DNA from: a virus
Taxonomy: Duplodnaviria > Caudoviricetes
IMG/VR virus record: IMGVR_UViG_3300020046_004224
Reading direction: 5' to 3' (one strand)
DNA: 64,000 nt
In this document: positions 34,832 to 45,033 of the stretch, one piece after another
Layout: every line of letters starts with the position of its first letter
Position numbering within the stretch: the first letter of the stretch is position 1
Position numbers and translations under genes: made by a program
Notes under the pieces: model-generated
The model's input: only the letters and a program-made list of their open reading frames with translations
What the model was told of the DNA's origin: nothing
Databases searched by the model: none

Positions 34832-35554
34832 ATGAATGCATATATTGATGACAATCTAAAAGGTTGGATGAATAAGAAAACTGTGGTGGAAGGCCTGGAA
34901 AAAGCTGGATATATCATCATAAGTTTAATTCACCCATCCTTTAGTAGTGAAGTATTACAAGATGGTGTCTTTTACGGAAATGTAGGATTTATTCGAAAAG
35001 TAGTAGATCAATTGAAATATACTCCTAGATGGATTGGTCATGTCCCTGATGATCTTCTATTTCTTGCACGCCGAGAAATTAAAACAGAATCTATTGGAGA
35101 TGTTTTCAAATCTAAAGTTCCTAAATTCATCAAACCTGTTCCCGAAAAGGGAAAGAGTTTTGACGGATTTGTATATAATGCAGATCAACTAGATTCTTTA
35201 TATGTTGCCAACTATTTTATCAATGGAGACGAACAAGTAATCACCAGCGAAGTGGTTAATTTTATTTCCGAATGGCGGTGTTATATCTGTGATGGAGAAA
35301 TCCTAGACGGAAAACATTACAAAGGAGATTTTCGTATTTCCCCTAATTATGCGGTTGCCGATTTCGCCATTGAATGTTGGAAAGATGCTCCTGTTGCATG
35401 GAGTTGTGATCTTGGTATAACTGATCAAGGAACGACTTGTATTGTAGAATGTAATGATGTAATGTCACTCGGCATGTACGGACTTGCATCACATAAAGCT
35501 GCATACATGCTTGAAAAACGTTGGGAACAGATTCATAAAAACAAAGCACTATGA
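34832..35554 (+). CDS. ATP-grasp domain protein (R2K/DUF4343-like)
   Basis: FIKP...KSFDG, SEVV.F.SEWRCY, DLG, VECND. Confidence 0.7.
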   Translation: MNAYIDDNLKGWMNKKTVVEGLEKAGYIIISLIHPSFSSEVLQDGVFYGNVGFIRKVVDQLKYTPRWIGHVPDDLLFLARREIKTESIGDVFKSKVPKFIKPVPEKGKSFDGFVYNADQLDSLYVANYFINGDEQVITSEVVNFISEWRCYICDGEILDGKHYKGDFRISPNYAVADFAIECWKDAPVAWSCDLGITDQGTTCIVECNDVMSLGMYGLASHKAAYMLEKRWEQIHKNKAL

Positions 35555-36059
35555 GAAAAGATACATTTTTAAAATTATTTGACAACTTACCGGATGATGC
35601 AGATATTCGGTATGCATATCATCCATCCGAATCATATGATGTTTATGACCAGGATGATTTTGCTATTCATAAACTATATGAAAAGGGTAAATCAACTCCT
35701 TCCTTTTTTGTCAATTCTATGGGTAGATCAAATTGCCCTGACGGGTATCAAACGGAGAACGAATATATTGTAAGTCAGAGTGCTATGACTTTGATCAATT
35801 CTTTCCCTAAAGACAAATACTGGACTATTTCAAATGGCGGTTATAGATATATAACGGTTAGCTACAGTCGTGCAAATTATAGCCGTAGATTTTCGGTTAT
35901 TATTAGAGATATGAAGTATTCTATCCGAGTCTCTGAGACGGGAGGAGATGTTGATATTACTGATGGATGGGATAATTTCTTCAAAGCTGTGACGCCGATC
36001 ATTCTGAAAGATTTACAGAAGTTTCGAGAAGAGTTGGAAGATGTACTAGAAACAGGAGT

Positions 36060-36926
36060 ATGAATAAATTAAATTTACAATATCAATTTCTTCTCTTCGG
36101 TATTATGGAGAAGGGAGAATGGGAGATGAATAGAACAGGGATTCGTGCGAAAACCTTTCCATCTGGGATGATCGTTCATGATATGTCAGAAGGATTTCCC
36201 CTTTTGACTATTAAACGAGTTCCGTTTAAATCTATGGCAGTAGAGCTTGAAGGATTTATTAAAGGTATTACCTGTAAAAATTGGTTCAAGGTGAGAGGTT
36301 GTAACATATGGAATGAATGGTGTAATCCTGAAAAGGTTCCGTATGGTACCGATGAATCTAGCAAGGCTAAAATGCTGCTAGAAGATGACCTCGGGCCTAT
36401 CTACGGTTCACAGTGGAGAAATTTCCATTCACCGACTGATACAAGTGGATATTTCGAGGATCAACTTGGAAATATCGTTAATAAGCTATTGACCAATCCA
36501 CAAGACCGAAGAATGATTTGTTCTGCATGGAATCCTCTTACAATAAGTCAAATGGCACTTCCTCCTTGCCATGTTATGTGGCAAGTATCGGTAATTAACA
36601 ATAAGTTAAATCTTTCGTGGTTTCAGCGTTCGTGTGACGTGCCTCTGGGGATTCCGTACAACATTGCATCTTATGGATTACTCCTACATTTACTTGCTAA
36701 AATATCTGGATTCCAAGAAGGAACACTTACAGGATTTCTAAATAATGTTCATTTTTATGAAAATCAGCTAGAAGGAGTCGAGGAGATTCTTTCAAGAGAA
36801 CCTAATAAAGCACTACCAATTATTGAGACTGATCCTATTGATAGTTTCTTCGATTGGGATCACACTAAATCTCGTATCAAGTTTTACGATCCGTTACCAA
36901 CAATTAAAATGCCAGTGGCAGTATAG
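36060..36926 (+). CDS. thyA: Thymidylate synthase
   Basis: RTG, IWNEW, LGPIYGSQWR, DRRMICSAWNP, ALPPCH, QRSCD..LG.PYNIASY. Confidence 0.95.
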   Translation: MNKLNLQYQFLLFGIMEKGEWEMNRTGIRAKTFPSGMIVHDMSEGFPLLTIKRVPFKSMAVELEGFIKGITCKNWFKVRGCNIWNEWCNPEKVPYGTDESSKAKMLLEDDLGPIYGSQWRNFHSPTDTSGYFEDQLGNIVNKLLTNPQDRRMICSAWNPLTISQMALPPCHVMWQVSVINNKLNLSWFQRSCDVPLGIPYNIASYGLLLHLLAKISGFQEGTLTGFLNNVHFYENQLEGVEEILSREPNKALPIIETDPIDSFFDWDHTKSRIKFYDPLPTIKMPVAV

Positions 36927-37125
36927 AGATGGGTACATTATGTCGGAAGAACCAGACACAATTTGTATCCATCCTAATACTTTTGAAGTATTTCATAAGC
37001 TGAAAACTTATCGGAATATTCGAAAATATTTACGCTTTTGGGGATTTACAAGATCAGAACAGGATTATATTATAAAATTGTACAAAACTGCCGGACATAC
37101 ACCTTTCCAGTGATATATTAAGAAA

Positions 37126-37611
37126 ATGAATATTTTTTGTACATCAGAATGTCCTGAACGGTCTGCGCGATGGTGTGTTGATAGACACGTTTCGAAAATG
37201 CCCTTAGAGACGGCCCAACTTTTATGTGCAGCATATCATGTTCAAGGTATCCATGCTCCTTATAGATTAACGCATAAAAATCATCCATCAACAGTTTGGA
37301 GTCGCACATCATGTTTAAATTATGAATGGACAATTAAACATGGTAAAATGTTGTGCGACGAATATACCGCACGATATGGCAGAAGACATGCATCTCAGGA
37401 TGTGATCGAATGGTGTGATAATAATTCACATAATCTTAAATTTGATAATTTTGAACAGACAGAATTTGCAGTTGCAATTGGTTCTGATATGTTGTGTCGG
37501 CAAGTAACAGGATTTGATCAGATGCCAGTGGTGGATAAGTACCGTTTCTATTATAGATTAGACAAAGCCCATCTTCATCACTGGAAACGCAATAAACCGA
37601 ATTGGATTTGA
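37126..37611 (+). CDS. Pyrimidine-dimer DNA glycosylase-like protein
   Basis: MNIF...D.HV.KM.LETAQLL...TH.NHP...W pattern. Confidence 0.7.
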   Translation: MNIFCTSECPERSARWCVDRHVSKMPLETAQLLCAAYHVQGIHAPYRLTHKNHPSTVWSRTSCLNYEWTIKHGKMLCDEYTARYGRRHASQDVIEWCDNNSHNLKFDNFEQTEFAVAIGSDMLCRQVTGFDQMPVVDKYRFYYRLDKAHLHHWKRNKPNWI

Positions 37612-38098
37612 TTATATTAAAAAGTGTTAGACAAACCTCTATTTTCGTGTTAAGCTTCTGTCATGAAATACCATCTACTGCTGTTGACTTGTCTTTTATT
37701 CTCTTGCACAAAAGAAGTCCTAGTTTCGCGTGAAGACGTTATCGAACGAGAAAAAAAAGATACTGTTGAATATTATTATAGATATAAGGTGTTACCATCT
37801 GATGTCAAGTATATAGAAACTATGGATAATGGTTGGGTTATTATCGAGATTAAAAATAATAGATTCTTGTATAGAGGGATGTGGTTGGGTAGTAACGGGA
37901 CAACTGAGGTTATGGTACCATATGTCGAAAAATAATATATGTATAACCTTCCAGTTAAATATTCGGTTATGGTTAAGGTGTGGGATTCGATTCAGATGAA
38001 ATCTTATAAGGTATTACATTTATCATTTAAGAAAAAAGAAAATCAACAATCTTTCTTAGAACAAATCGAAGACGCAACAATTTACCAAACATCATAAT

Positions 38099-39142
38099 AT
38101 GGGCGGACTGCTGTTTAAACATCCCAAAATGCCAAAGGACTTGTACGAAGACATCAAGAAAGAGGTTTTTGAAAAGCTATCACCACGCCCATTACTCGTT
38201 CCTGAATCTTTTCTAAATAAAGAAACTTTCGGTGATATTGATATTGTACTGGCATTTCCTCTGTTAACTGACGAATTTCTTAAAGAAACATTCCGAATCG
38301 AGGATAAAGATATTCATCATAATTCATCTGTGATTTCGATTAACTATCGAGATGCACAAATTGATTTTTGTCATTTTGAAGAGGAAAACGTTGAGGCGGC
38401 ATACAAATATATGCGCAACAGTGATTGCTCTAACATGGTGGGTTGCATTTGTCGCGGGGCACTTGGGTATAGGTTGACCCATAAAGGCTTGACGTACCCC
38501 GTCAGAATCAAGCAGGAGGACATGTTGGGCGAAATCCTTGTATCGAAGAACTTCAAGAAAATTCTAGAATTTATTGATTTGGATTATGAGAAATGGTCTA
38601 GTGGTTTTAATGATGAATTGGAACTTTTTGAATGGATCGTTAAATCGAAGTATTTCAGTCCTGCATTCTTTTATTATGAGAACCTGAACCACGAAAACCG
38701 CACAAGGAACAAGAAGAGAGCAACATATGGAAATTTCGTGCAGTGGTTAGAGGATAATGATGATGGACGCTTTGATAGATGTCATACTGTTACCGAAAAC
38801 AAACAAGAACATCTTTTCAGAGGTCTTTTACATTTTTATGAAGAAAGACATTTCCCATATAATGGACTTTGGATAGAACAGGTTCATGCGCTAATTCATA
38901 CAAGATATAATTTTGAAAAATCTCGACAAATATTTAATGGCAGTATTGTTCAAGAATTGACTGGTGCCATTGGTCCTCAGTTAGGAAAGATTATCCGAGA
39001 ATTTAATGAATATCTTAGAAATACATGTCACTTGACACGCGAACAAGGATATGGTAGTATCAATTACTTCATTGCCGAACATACAAAAGAAGAAATGGTA
39101 GAAATGTTTAACAATTGGTATAAAACATATGAATCCGAATAA
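38099..39142 (+). CDS. Pol-beta-superfamily nucleotidyltransferase-like protein
   Basis: KETFGDIDI and QIDF acidic motifs. Confidence 0.55.
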   Translation: MGGLLFKHPKMPKDLYEDIKKEVFEKLSPRPLLVPESFLNKETFGDIDIVLAFPLLTDEFLKETFRIEDKDIHHNSSVISINYRDAQIDFCHFEEENVEAAYKYMRNSDCSNMVGCICRGALGYRLTHKGLTYPVRIKQEDMLGEILVSKNFKKILEFIDLDYEKWSSGFNDELELFEWIVKSKYFSPAFFYYENLNHENRTRNKKRATYGNFVQWLEDNDDGRFDRCHTVTENKQEHLFRGLLHFYEERHFPYNGLWIEQVHALIHTRYNFEKSRQIFNGSIVQELTGAIGPQLGKIIREFNEYLRNTCHLTREQGYGSINYFIAEHTKEEMVEMFNNWYKTYESE

Positions 39143-39824
39143 TAAATTTTACGAAATAATTGCAGATGAATCTGAATTGGATAAGTTTTTGAACTTTATT
39201 CCAGACACAGATGATTCTAACCAACTATATTGGAGTCTGTTCGCAAGGAAAAAATATGCAGTTGATCATCCTGCATTGTCCCATGATAAAACCCTTCTAA
39301 AACGGGGGACATCCACGAAAGAAAGACTGCGTTCTAAGTTGAAACAGCTAGAATGTCGTATTGGTGGATATTTAGGAAATAAAGATATTCCGATTCCACA
39401 AGAAGCTCTTGCCGTGTATATTTCTCCCGCTCCTAGAGATATGAAGAAAGCAACACTCAAATGTATTAAATCATTTGCTGATTTGTTGCAAAGGGATAAT
39501 AGTTATAATCTTCATCAAGAAGTATTAAACGTCATCCAGACAACTCATGGAGAGGATAAGTTTCATATTTTTGATATTGATTCGAAGGATATTTCAAATT
39601 TAGGCGTTGCAATGAGATTGGTTGATGAGCGGTGCGATGTGATCGAGACTAGGGGTGGATTTCATATTCTTGTTTCTAGTACTGACATCGAAGAATATGC
39701 CAAAAATTGGGATAAACAGTGGTATATGAAATTATCTAAAATGAGTGATGTTGTCGGAGATTGTCTAACACCTTTATGTGGTTGCTGGCAAGGCGGTTTC
39801 ATTCCCAAACTTATAACAAAATGA
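39129..39824 (+). CDS. Conserved phage protein, possibly primase-polymerase (AEP) fold
   Basis: FARKKY, FDID, ETRGGFHIL (DxD and GxH motifs). Confidence 0.45.
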   Translation: MNPNNKFYEIIADESELDKFLNFIPDTDDSNQLYWSLFARKKYAVDHPALSHDKTLLKRGTSTKERLRSKLKQLECRIGGYLGNKDIPIPQEALAVYISPAPRDMKKATLKCIKSFADLLQRDNSYNLHQEVLNVIQTTHGEDKFHIFDIDSKDISNLGVAMRLVDERCDVIETRGGFHILVSSTDIEEYAKNWDKQWYMKLSKMSDVVGDCLTPLCGCWQGGFIPKLITK

Positions 39825-40081
39825 TCCTTACTTTTATAGGATTATTATATTCTATTCTTTTTGCTGCCTGTTATGTTCCGCAAATAATCCAATTGTATAA
39901 AACGCATGAAACACGCGGTATTTCTATATCCCTGTATTGGATGTGCTTTGCCGCCTATATCTTAGCTATTATCTATACGATTTTTAATGTTGGCATTGAC
40001 AAAGTACTTCTCTTGAACTATGGTTCGGGTGGAATCCTTTGTACAATAACGCTATACCTGTACTACAAATTCAAATCTTAA
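39821..40081 (+). CDS. PQ-loop/SemiSWEET-like membrane protein
   Basis: YVPQIIQLYKTHETRGISI; three TM helices. Confidence 0.75.
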   Translation: MILTFIGLLYSILFAACYVPQIIQLYKTHETRGISISLYWMCFAAYILAIIYTIFNVGIDKVLLLNYGSGGILCTITLYLYYKFKS

Positions 40082-40088
40082 AATTCAC

Positions 40089-41498
40089 ATGAGTAAACAA
40101 GCCTACCAGACAGAACAAACCAAAAAATCACCACTTAAATACTCTCCATCCTTTAGGGAGTTTTTAGAGAGTATTCGAGAAACATGTAAAGTTGCACGAT
40201 GCTTACTCGAAGCTAGCACATTGTATAGATACTGCAATCCCGAGATTCCGATGAATTATATTTCTTTCCGAGATTCGGAAGGTATGATTTCGTTTATGCC
40301 AGCAGGACGGGAACAAAGATTGAATGAAAATGGAACATGGAGTACACAGGGACGGCAAACCACACGCCCTGTTAAATTTGCACGATCAATTCTCCATCCG
40401 CGAGTAGTCGAATCTATCAAAGATCATGAGTTTGCTGCATTTGCTGCAAGATTCAAAGCTAATGAATTATCTAATGAAATTAGCTTTAAAATTGTAAGCG
40501 TCAAAGAAGGTTATCACAAAGATGGATATTCTATCGATATTAGTTCCTGTATGGCTGGAAAACCAGTTCATAGGTTCTATGATATGTATGATTGCAAGGT
40601 ATTAGTGGCAATCAAAAAAGGTCGATACATTGCTAGAGCACTTCTATGGAATGAAGTATTCCTAAATACCAAGGAGACACCGATCAAATTAATGGATCGT
40701 GTATATTATGGTAATTGTAATGGAACTTGCCAACTTTTTATTGATTGGGCTATTGAGAATGGTTATCACCGAAAACAAAATCAAAATGGTTATAGTGATG
40801 AACCAATTGTGTCACCGACAGGCGAGGTTGTTAATAATCCTATTCTCAAAGTTTATAAAAAGACAAATGCCAAAGAGCGGATTTATAAACCATATTTGGA
40901 CACATTAGAATATACTGATCATAATTATAAAATTCTATCTAATATCTTTAGGGTAGCAAACACGGTGTATTATAATCTTAAAAGTGCCGAAAATTATAGG
41001 GAGAATAAAAAAGAGTTTGTTTTAGCGCATACATCCGAAACCCGATCCGAATATATACACAAAGGGGATACACTTAAATTTAAAGGAGAGTTGTATTATA
41101 AATTATGTTCATTATGTTGTGTTGCTGAAAATGGTCAATATTACCATAAACAAGACCCTAGAATATTCTCCTTTTTCCGTGGTTATTACACCACATTCTA
41201 CTTAAAAAAGACTCATGTGGTTGTTGACGGAAAGGTGTATAGAAAGACTGATCCCAAGATTATACAAGCAGGGAATAATAAATGGATTCTTAAAGAAGAA
41301 ATCAAAATTGAACCAATTAAAGATGTAAAAGTTGATACCAACAATGCATCGAAAGGATTTATGGATGTCGGAATTGATACAATTAGTCAGTATTTTACCC
41401 AGTGGTTTTATAATACTCCACCCCTCAACAACATATTGGTAGATTTCACGGTATCGGCTGATGAAAACCAAACAGAAGTCTTGACAACACGGGAATAG
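40089..41498 (+). CDS. Uncharacterised phage protein, SCM/RAxxW/DRxY/PYxD family
   Basis: SSCMAG...ARALLW...MDRVY...PYLDTL; N-terminus aligns with 21314-22942. Confidence 0.6.
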   Translation: MSKQAYQTEQTKKSPLKYSPSFREFLESIRETCKVARCLLEASTLYRYCNPEIPMNYISFRDSEGMISFMPAGREQRLNENGTWSTQGRQTTRPVKFARSILHPRVVESIKDHEFAAFAARFKANELSNEISFKIVSVKEGYHKDGYSIDISSCMAGKPVHRFYDMYDCKVLVAIKKGRYIARALLWNEVFLNTKETPIKLMDRVYYGNCNGTCQLFIDWAIENGYHRKQNQNGYSDEPIVSPTGEVVNNPILKVYKKTNAKERIYKPYLDTLEYTDHNYKILSNIFRVANTVYYNLKSAENYRENKKEFVLAHTSETRSEYIHKGDTLKFKGELYYKLCSLCCVAENGQYYHKQDPRIFSFFRGYYTTFYLKKTHVVVDGKVYRKTDPKIIQAGNNKWILKEEIKIEPIKDVKVDTNNASKGFMDVGIDTISQYFTQWFYNTPPLNNILVDFTVSADENQTEVLTTRE

Positions 41499-41530
41499 TC
41501 TGGTATTGTATCAATCACAATAAGAAAAAT

Positions 41531-43222
41531 ATGTTCACTGCAAAACAAACACAATTATTCACAGTTCCAGTTAAAGCAACAGCTAAGGCGAAAACATCCA
41601 CGGGTGTTACCCCTATCTTTGTTCATGCTGCACAAAAGCACACTGTCAAAACTCTATCGGGTAATGGTGCGGTTAAACTAAGTTCAACTCTCGACAATTT
41701 TGTTGATGCATTCGGAAAACTTGGAACCTATAAGGCTCCTCGTCCTTTTGCTGAAATTGAGAAAGATGCAGAACTTCTTTGGGGAACTGATCCATTAACT
41801 TCTGTGAAGTTTATTCACTACCTTCGTACGATTACTCGTAAGACACAACTCTTTGATGGTTCTGTCACCGATGAACCACAAAAAGGTGGTGAACTCAAGT
41901 ATGAACCAATCATGCGTATGATTTGGCTTTCCCAGAAAGCACCAGAAGTGTTCTGGAAAAATATCGGATTGTTCGTATCCCTTGGATCATGGCACGATAT
42001 TTTCACAATGTTGCAATATGATCTTGTCTATAATGGATGGGATAACCGTAAACTTGATTGGAAGAAATTTGGTGATCTAATCCTCACTGCATTGGAAAAC
42101 GAAAAGACTAATAATCTTGTTAAGAAGTATCTTCCACAAATCAAGTCTCGTTCCGACTGTAAAACCGTCGAAGCACAGGCAAATTGTATGATTGGAAAGT
42201 GGATTTGTTCACTCCTTTTTGGACCAAAGGACAATTCTTTCAATTATAAACAATACCGCAAGCTCAAAACTTCTGGTACTGCACATGATTGGCAGCAGTT
42301 GATTTCTCAACGTCAATTCGATAAGATCGATTTTGATAAAATTCATGGTCGTGCATTGAACCTTTTGGTTCGTAGCAAGTTCTTGAAGAATCAGAATCTT
42401 TCTGACAAGTATGCAAAATGGGTGGGTGATCCAAAGACTGCTGTTAAATACACTGGATTTGTTCATGAGTTGTTTGGTAAACTTCCTTCTAGTCTTTCTA
42501 GCTTGGAGAAGCATACCCAGGACACTATCAACAAGCAGTTTGCTACATTGGTGGAGAAGGGGTCGAGTGAGAATAAAGAAGAACAGTGTAATTTTATAGT
42601 TACGAGAGATACCAGCCCGTCGATGTCCTCGCTTGCAACTGGAACAGATATGTCATGTTTCAATATCGCAAAGGCGCTTGCACTCTATTTCTCAGAATTC
42701 CTCACAGGAAGGTTCTCAAATTCTTGGATTGAGTTTAATTCGACCGCAAAAATAAATCAGTGGATCGGAAATTCGCCCCTTGAAAAATGGTATAACGATC
42801 ATTCTCGTTATGTAGGAGGCACCAACTTCCAGAGTGTTATTGATCTATTCGTAACTCTTAAAAATGAAGGAATTGACGAGTCTGAGTTTCCCACTGGAAT
42901 TCTTCTTATTAGTGATTCCGAATTTAATCCGACACAGTTAAACAATACCAATGTAGAAGAGGCTCGCCGAAAACTTCGCACAGTTTTTAGTAACGAGTTC
43001 TCTGAAAAATTCCAAATCGTTCTCTGGAATCTCCAGAACAACTATTATGGAAAAGGTTCAGGCGAGAAGTTTGAAACTACTGCAAATGAAAAAGGTTGCT
43101 ATTACTTCTCAGGGTATAGTGCATCTGTGATCAGTTTCATCACTGGTCACGAAGTTCAGACTGCCCGCCAGTTGTTTGATACAGCGATGGATCAAGAAAT
43201 CATCAATATGGTAACACTGTAA
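41531..43222 (+). CDS. DUF2828-type Ro60/TROVE-like helical plus vWA protein
   Basis: T.SGNGA...SST; GSWHDI; MIDAS-like RDTSPSM; GGTNFQSVIDL; ISDSEFN; IVLWNL; SGYS. Own promoter TTGACA-17-TATTGT at 41481. Confidence 0.75.
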   Translation: MFTAKQTQLFTVPVKATAKAKTSTGVTPIFVHAAQKHTVKTLSGNGAVKLSSTLDNFVDAFGKLGTYKAPRPFAEIEKDAELLWGTDPLTSVKFIHYLRTITRKTQLFDGSVTDEPQKGGELKYEPIMRMIWLSQKAPEVFWKNIGLFVSLGSWHDIFTMLQYDLVYNGWDNRKLDWKKFGDLILTALENEKTNNLVKKYLPQIKSRSDCKTVEAQANCMIGKWICSLLFGPKDNSFNYKQYRKLKTSGTAHDWQQLISQRQFDKIDFDKIHGRALNLLVRSKFLKNQNLSDKYAKWVGDPKTAVKYTGFVHELFGKLPSSLSSLEKHTQDTINKQFATLVEKGSSENKEEQCNFIVTRDTSPSMSSLATGTDMSCFNIAKALALYFSEFLTGRFSNSWIEFNSTAKINQWIGNSPLEKWYNDHSRYVGGTNFQSVIDLFVTLKNEGIDESEFPTGILLISDSEFNPTQLNNTNVEEARRKLRTVFSNEFSEKFQIVLWNLQNNYYGKGSGEKFETTANEKGCYYFSGYSASVISFITGHEVQTARQLFDTAMDQEIINMVTL

Positions 43223-43229
43223 AAAATAT

Positions 43230-43261
43230 AAAACCCGTGAAGAACCTCTTCACGGGTTTTA
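43230..43261 (+). terminator. Intrinsic terminator
   Basis: aaaacccgtgaaga-acc-tcttcacgggtttt. Confidence 0.8.
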
Positions 43262-43748
43262 TTGTTCTCCGAATTATGAAATATACAAAAAGAAACCTAC
43301 ATAAGTTAATCGGTCTTTCCGTTAAGGATGCGAGAGAACAAATAAAAAAATGGTTTAATATGCCTTGTACAGTTAGAGGGTACAATCTGATTTACCCTGC
43401 TATTGCGGTGGAAGGTGTTATTCTATTCGTGGATGATGATAAGGTTCAAAATGAAGATGCACCAGTGGTTTTAGCAGGAGCAGGCGACCCCGCAAGATTA
43501 CAATAACATATATGAAAGTATCATTCGACGGTCTTAGACGACATATTGCAGAAGATTTCAATGCGCTGATAGGCGAGTTGCATTATCAAAATCCTGAACT
43601 TAAACAGGAAACCAATTGTGACAAACTTATCACAAATTTACGAGGCTCATTAGGAGCACTTATGGCTTGTTACGATTCAAACGAAGAAGATGATTTTAAT
43701 GATTTGAGTGAAGAAATTAAACTTTTAAAGCTTTAGCCCAAAATCCTC

Positions 43749-43777
43749 TTGACTCTTCCGATAAATGATGGTAATGT
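43749..43777 (+). promoter_or_regulatory. Promoter for RNA array block 1
   Basis: TTGACT-17-TAATGT, 8 nt before unit 1. Confidence 0.65.
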
Positions 43778-43785
43778 AAAGGACA

Positions 43786-43850
43786 AGATTTCGCATACAG
43801 CAACTCAATAAACATGATCTCTTAAATCAAACGTTAAAAACCGAAATCTG
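43786..43850 (+). ncRNA. CAGCA-motif Y-like RNA unit 1
   Basis: AGATTTCG...CGAAATCT-G terminal stem; ACAGCAA; internal TGAT-CTCTTAA-ATCA hairpin. Confidence 0.7.
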
Positions 43851-43853
43851 ATA

Positions 43854-43971
43854 GAGTGTCCCAACAGCAAAAACAAAAAACTTTTTTTCTATTCAAAAAA
43901 CCCATCCAAGTTCGAATCTTGGAATCGTTGGCCGGATGATTGGTTGAGGGCAAAACGGCGACTGACACTCG
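43854..43971 (+). ncRNA. CAGCA-motif Y-like RNA unit 2 (permuted tRNA domain)
   Basis: GAGTGTC...GACACTC-G; ACAGCAA; T arm CCAAG-TTCGAAT-CTTGG, then a loop-closed acceptor-like stem AATCGTT/GATGATT. Confidence 0.75.
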
Positions 43972-44099
43972 AAACAATTTTAGACGTTAGATATACTCTA
44001 TATTAGCTAATCCTTAAAGAAACATATTGGGAGTTTCAAAATACTGACGAAATAATCAGAAATATTAGAGTAGGGGTGACAAAACGGAAATCCCCAATA

Positions 44100-44228
44100 A
44101 GAATATCAACAGCATAATTAAATTATAACCCAATTCTCGGTCGGAGGTTCGAATCCTTCCAAGTATCTCAGTAGAGACTTGTAGCTCAGTGGTAGAGCAA
44201 GAACTAATAAAACCAAAATGATGTTCTG
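44100..44228 (+). ncRNA. CAGCA-motif Y-like RNA unit 3 (permuted tRNA domain)
   Basis: AGAATATCA...TGATGTTCT-G; ACAGCA; T arm GGAGG-TTCGAAT-CCTTC, then a closed acceptor stem, then D arm TA-GCTC-AGTGGTA-GAGC. Confidence 0.8.
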
Positions 44229-44239
44229 AATAATTAAAC

Positions 44240-44404
44240 GCTCTTGTGTCTAATAACGTAGCCGTTACGTAAAATGTACAATGCATGGTATATGCAAAAC
44301 GGACACTCTGAAAGGCCGAAACAGAAATCTAGAAATATGTTACGGATAAAGGGGTTGTATATGAAAAGGATGGTAAGCTAGCTCGAACCTAGCCAAGGGC
44401 ACCA
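44240..44404 (+). ncRNA. Oversized (165-nt) tRNA-like RNA with a CCA end
   Basis: GCTCTTG/CAAGGGC acceptor + A-CCA; T arm GCTAG-CTCGAAC-CTAGC; greatly expanded interior. Confidence 0.6.
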
Positions 44405-44416
44405 ATTTTAAAAGTA

Positions 44417-44767
44417 ATGAAACCGAAGATTATAGGATACGAAAAAGATGGTAAATTCTATGGGGTTGCCACACATTTAAGAGGAGTCTATATTAGCAGC
44501 GGCGATATTAATATCTATTATGGTAATGATGTCAGACTTCTAAAAGATTTCGAATCCGCTAAACTTTTAGTTCAAGGTAAGGTTTATAGAGAAGGAACAT
44601 ATTTAAAACTGACTGAAAAAGAATTAGGATCATTTGGACGAGGCCGATTGTTTATATCAACTATTAAAAATGCTAAAGAATTCGAGATTACAAATAAATA
44701 TCCTAGTGATTCTACCGGAACAGTTGCACTGAGAGCATCATTTAAATTGACAAAGGATAGTAAGTAG
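44417..44767 (+). CDS. Hypothetical protein lying within the RNA array
   Basis: 116-aa ORF between the two array blocks. Confidence 0.55.
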   Translation: MKPKIIGYEKDGKFYGVATHLRGVYISSGDINIYYGNDVRLLKDFESAKLLVQGKVYREGTYLKLTEKELGSFGRGRLFISTIKNAKEFEITNKYPSDSTGTVALRASFKLTKDSK

Positions 44768-44775
44768 TGTAAAGT
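44747..44775 (+). promoter_or_regulatory. Promoter for RNA array block 2
   Basis: TTGACA-17-TAAAGT, 7 nt before unit 4. Confidence 0.7.
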
Positions 44776-44782
44776 AAAGATA

Positions 44783-44840
44783 GAAGGACAGACAGCAAAT
44801 TAACACTTTTTATATGGTTTAAAAAACAAAGTGTCCTTCG
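44783..44840 (+). ncRNA. CAGCA-motif Y-like RNA unit 4 (minimal)
   Basis: GAAGGACA...TGTCCTTC-G; GACAGCAA. Confidence 0.75.
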
Positions 44841-44844
44841 GATA

Positions 44845-44966
44845 AGGTTCAAATCAGCAATACAATACAAAAACTCTTATTACGAACAAGCCGATCCAGT
44901 GCAATCCTGGTAATTGTGTAAGTCATCTACAAGTCCTAGTGGACAGGAAAAAGATACATGAACCTG
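44845..44966 (+). ncRNA. CAGCA-motif Y-like RNA unit 5
   Basis: AGGTTCA...TGAACCT-G; TCAGCAA; T-like CCAG-TGCAATC-CTGG and D-like TCCT-AGTGGAC-AGGA. Confidence 0.7.
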
Positions 44967-44969
44967 AAA

Positions 44970-45029
44970 AAAACATTAACAGCAAAACCCAAAGGTTATC
45001 GAAGTTCAATTCTTCAAAATAATGTTTTG
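44970..45029 (+). ncRNA. CAGCA-motif Y-like RNA unit 6
   Basis: AAAACATTA...TAATGTTTT-G; ACAGCAA; isolated T arm GAAG-TTCAATT-CTTC. Confidence 0.72.
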
Positions 45030-45033
45030 TACA

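Noticed and set aside
43995-44072. Possible hammerhead ribozyme (CTGACGA...GAAA) between array units 2 and 3
   Set aside because: There is no valid stem II or stem I. CTGA pairs with TCAG as a simple hairpin. The region is structured (TACTCTA/TAGAGTA) but unassigned.
44240-44404. tmRNA
   Set aside because: It is only 165 nt, has U3:G70 rather than G3:U70, and has no convincing tag frame.
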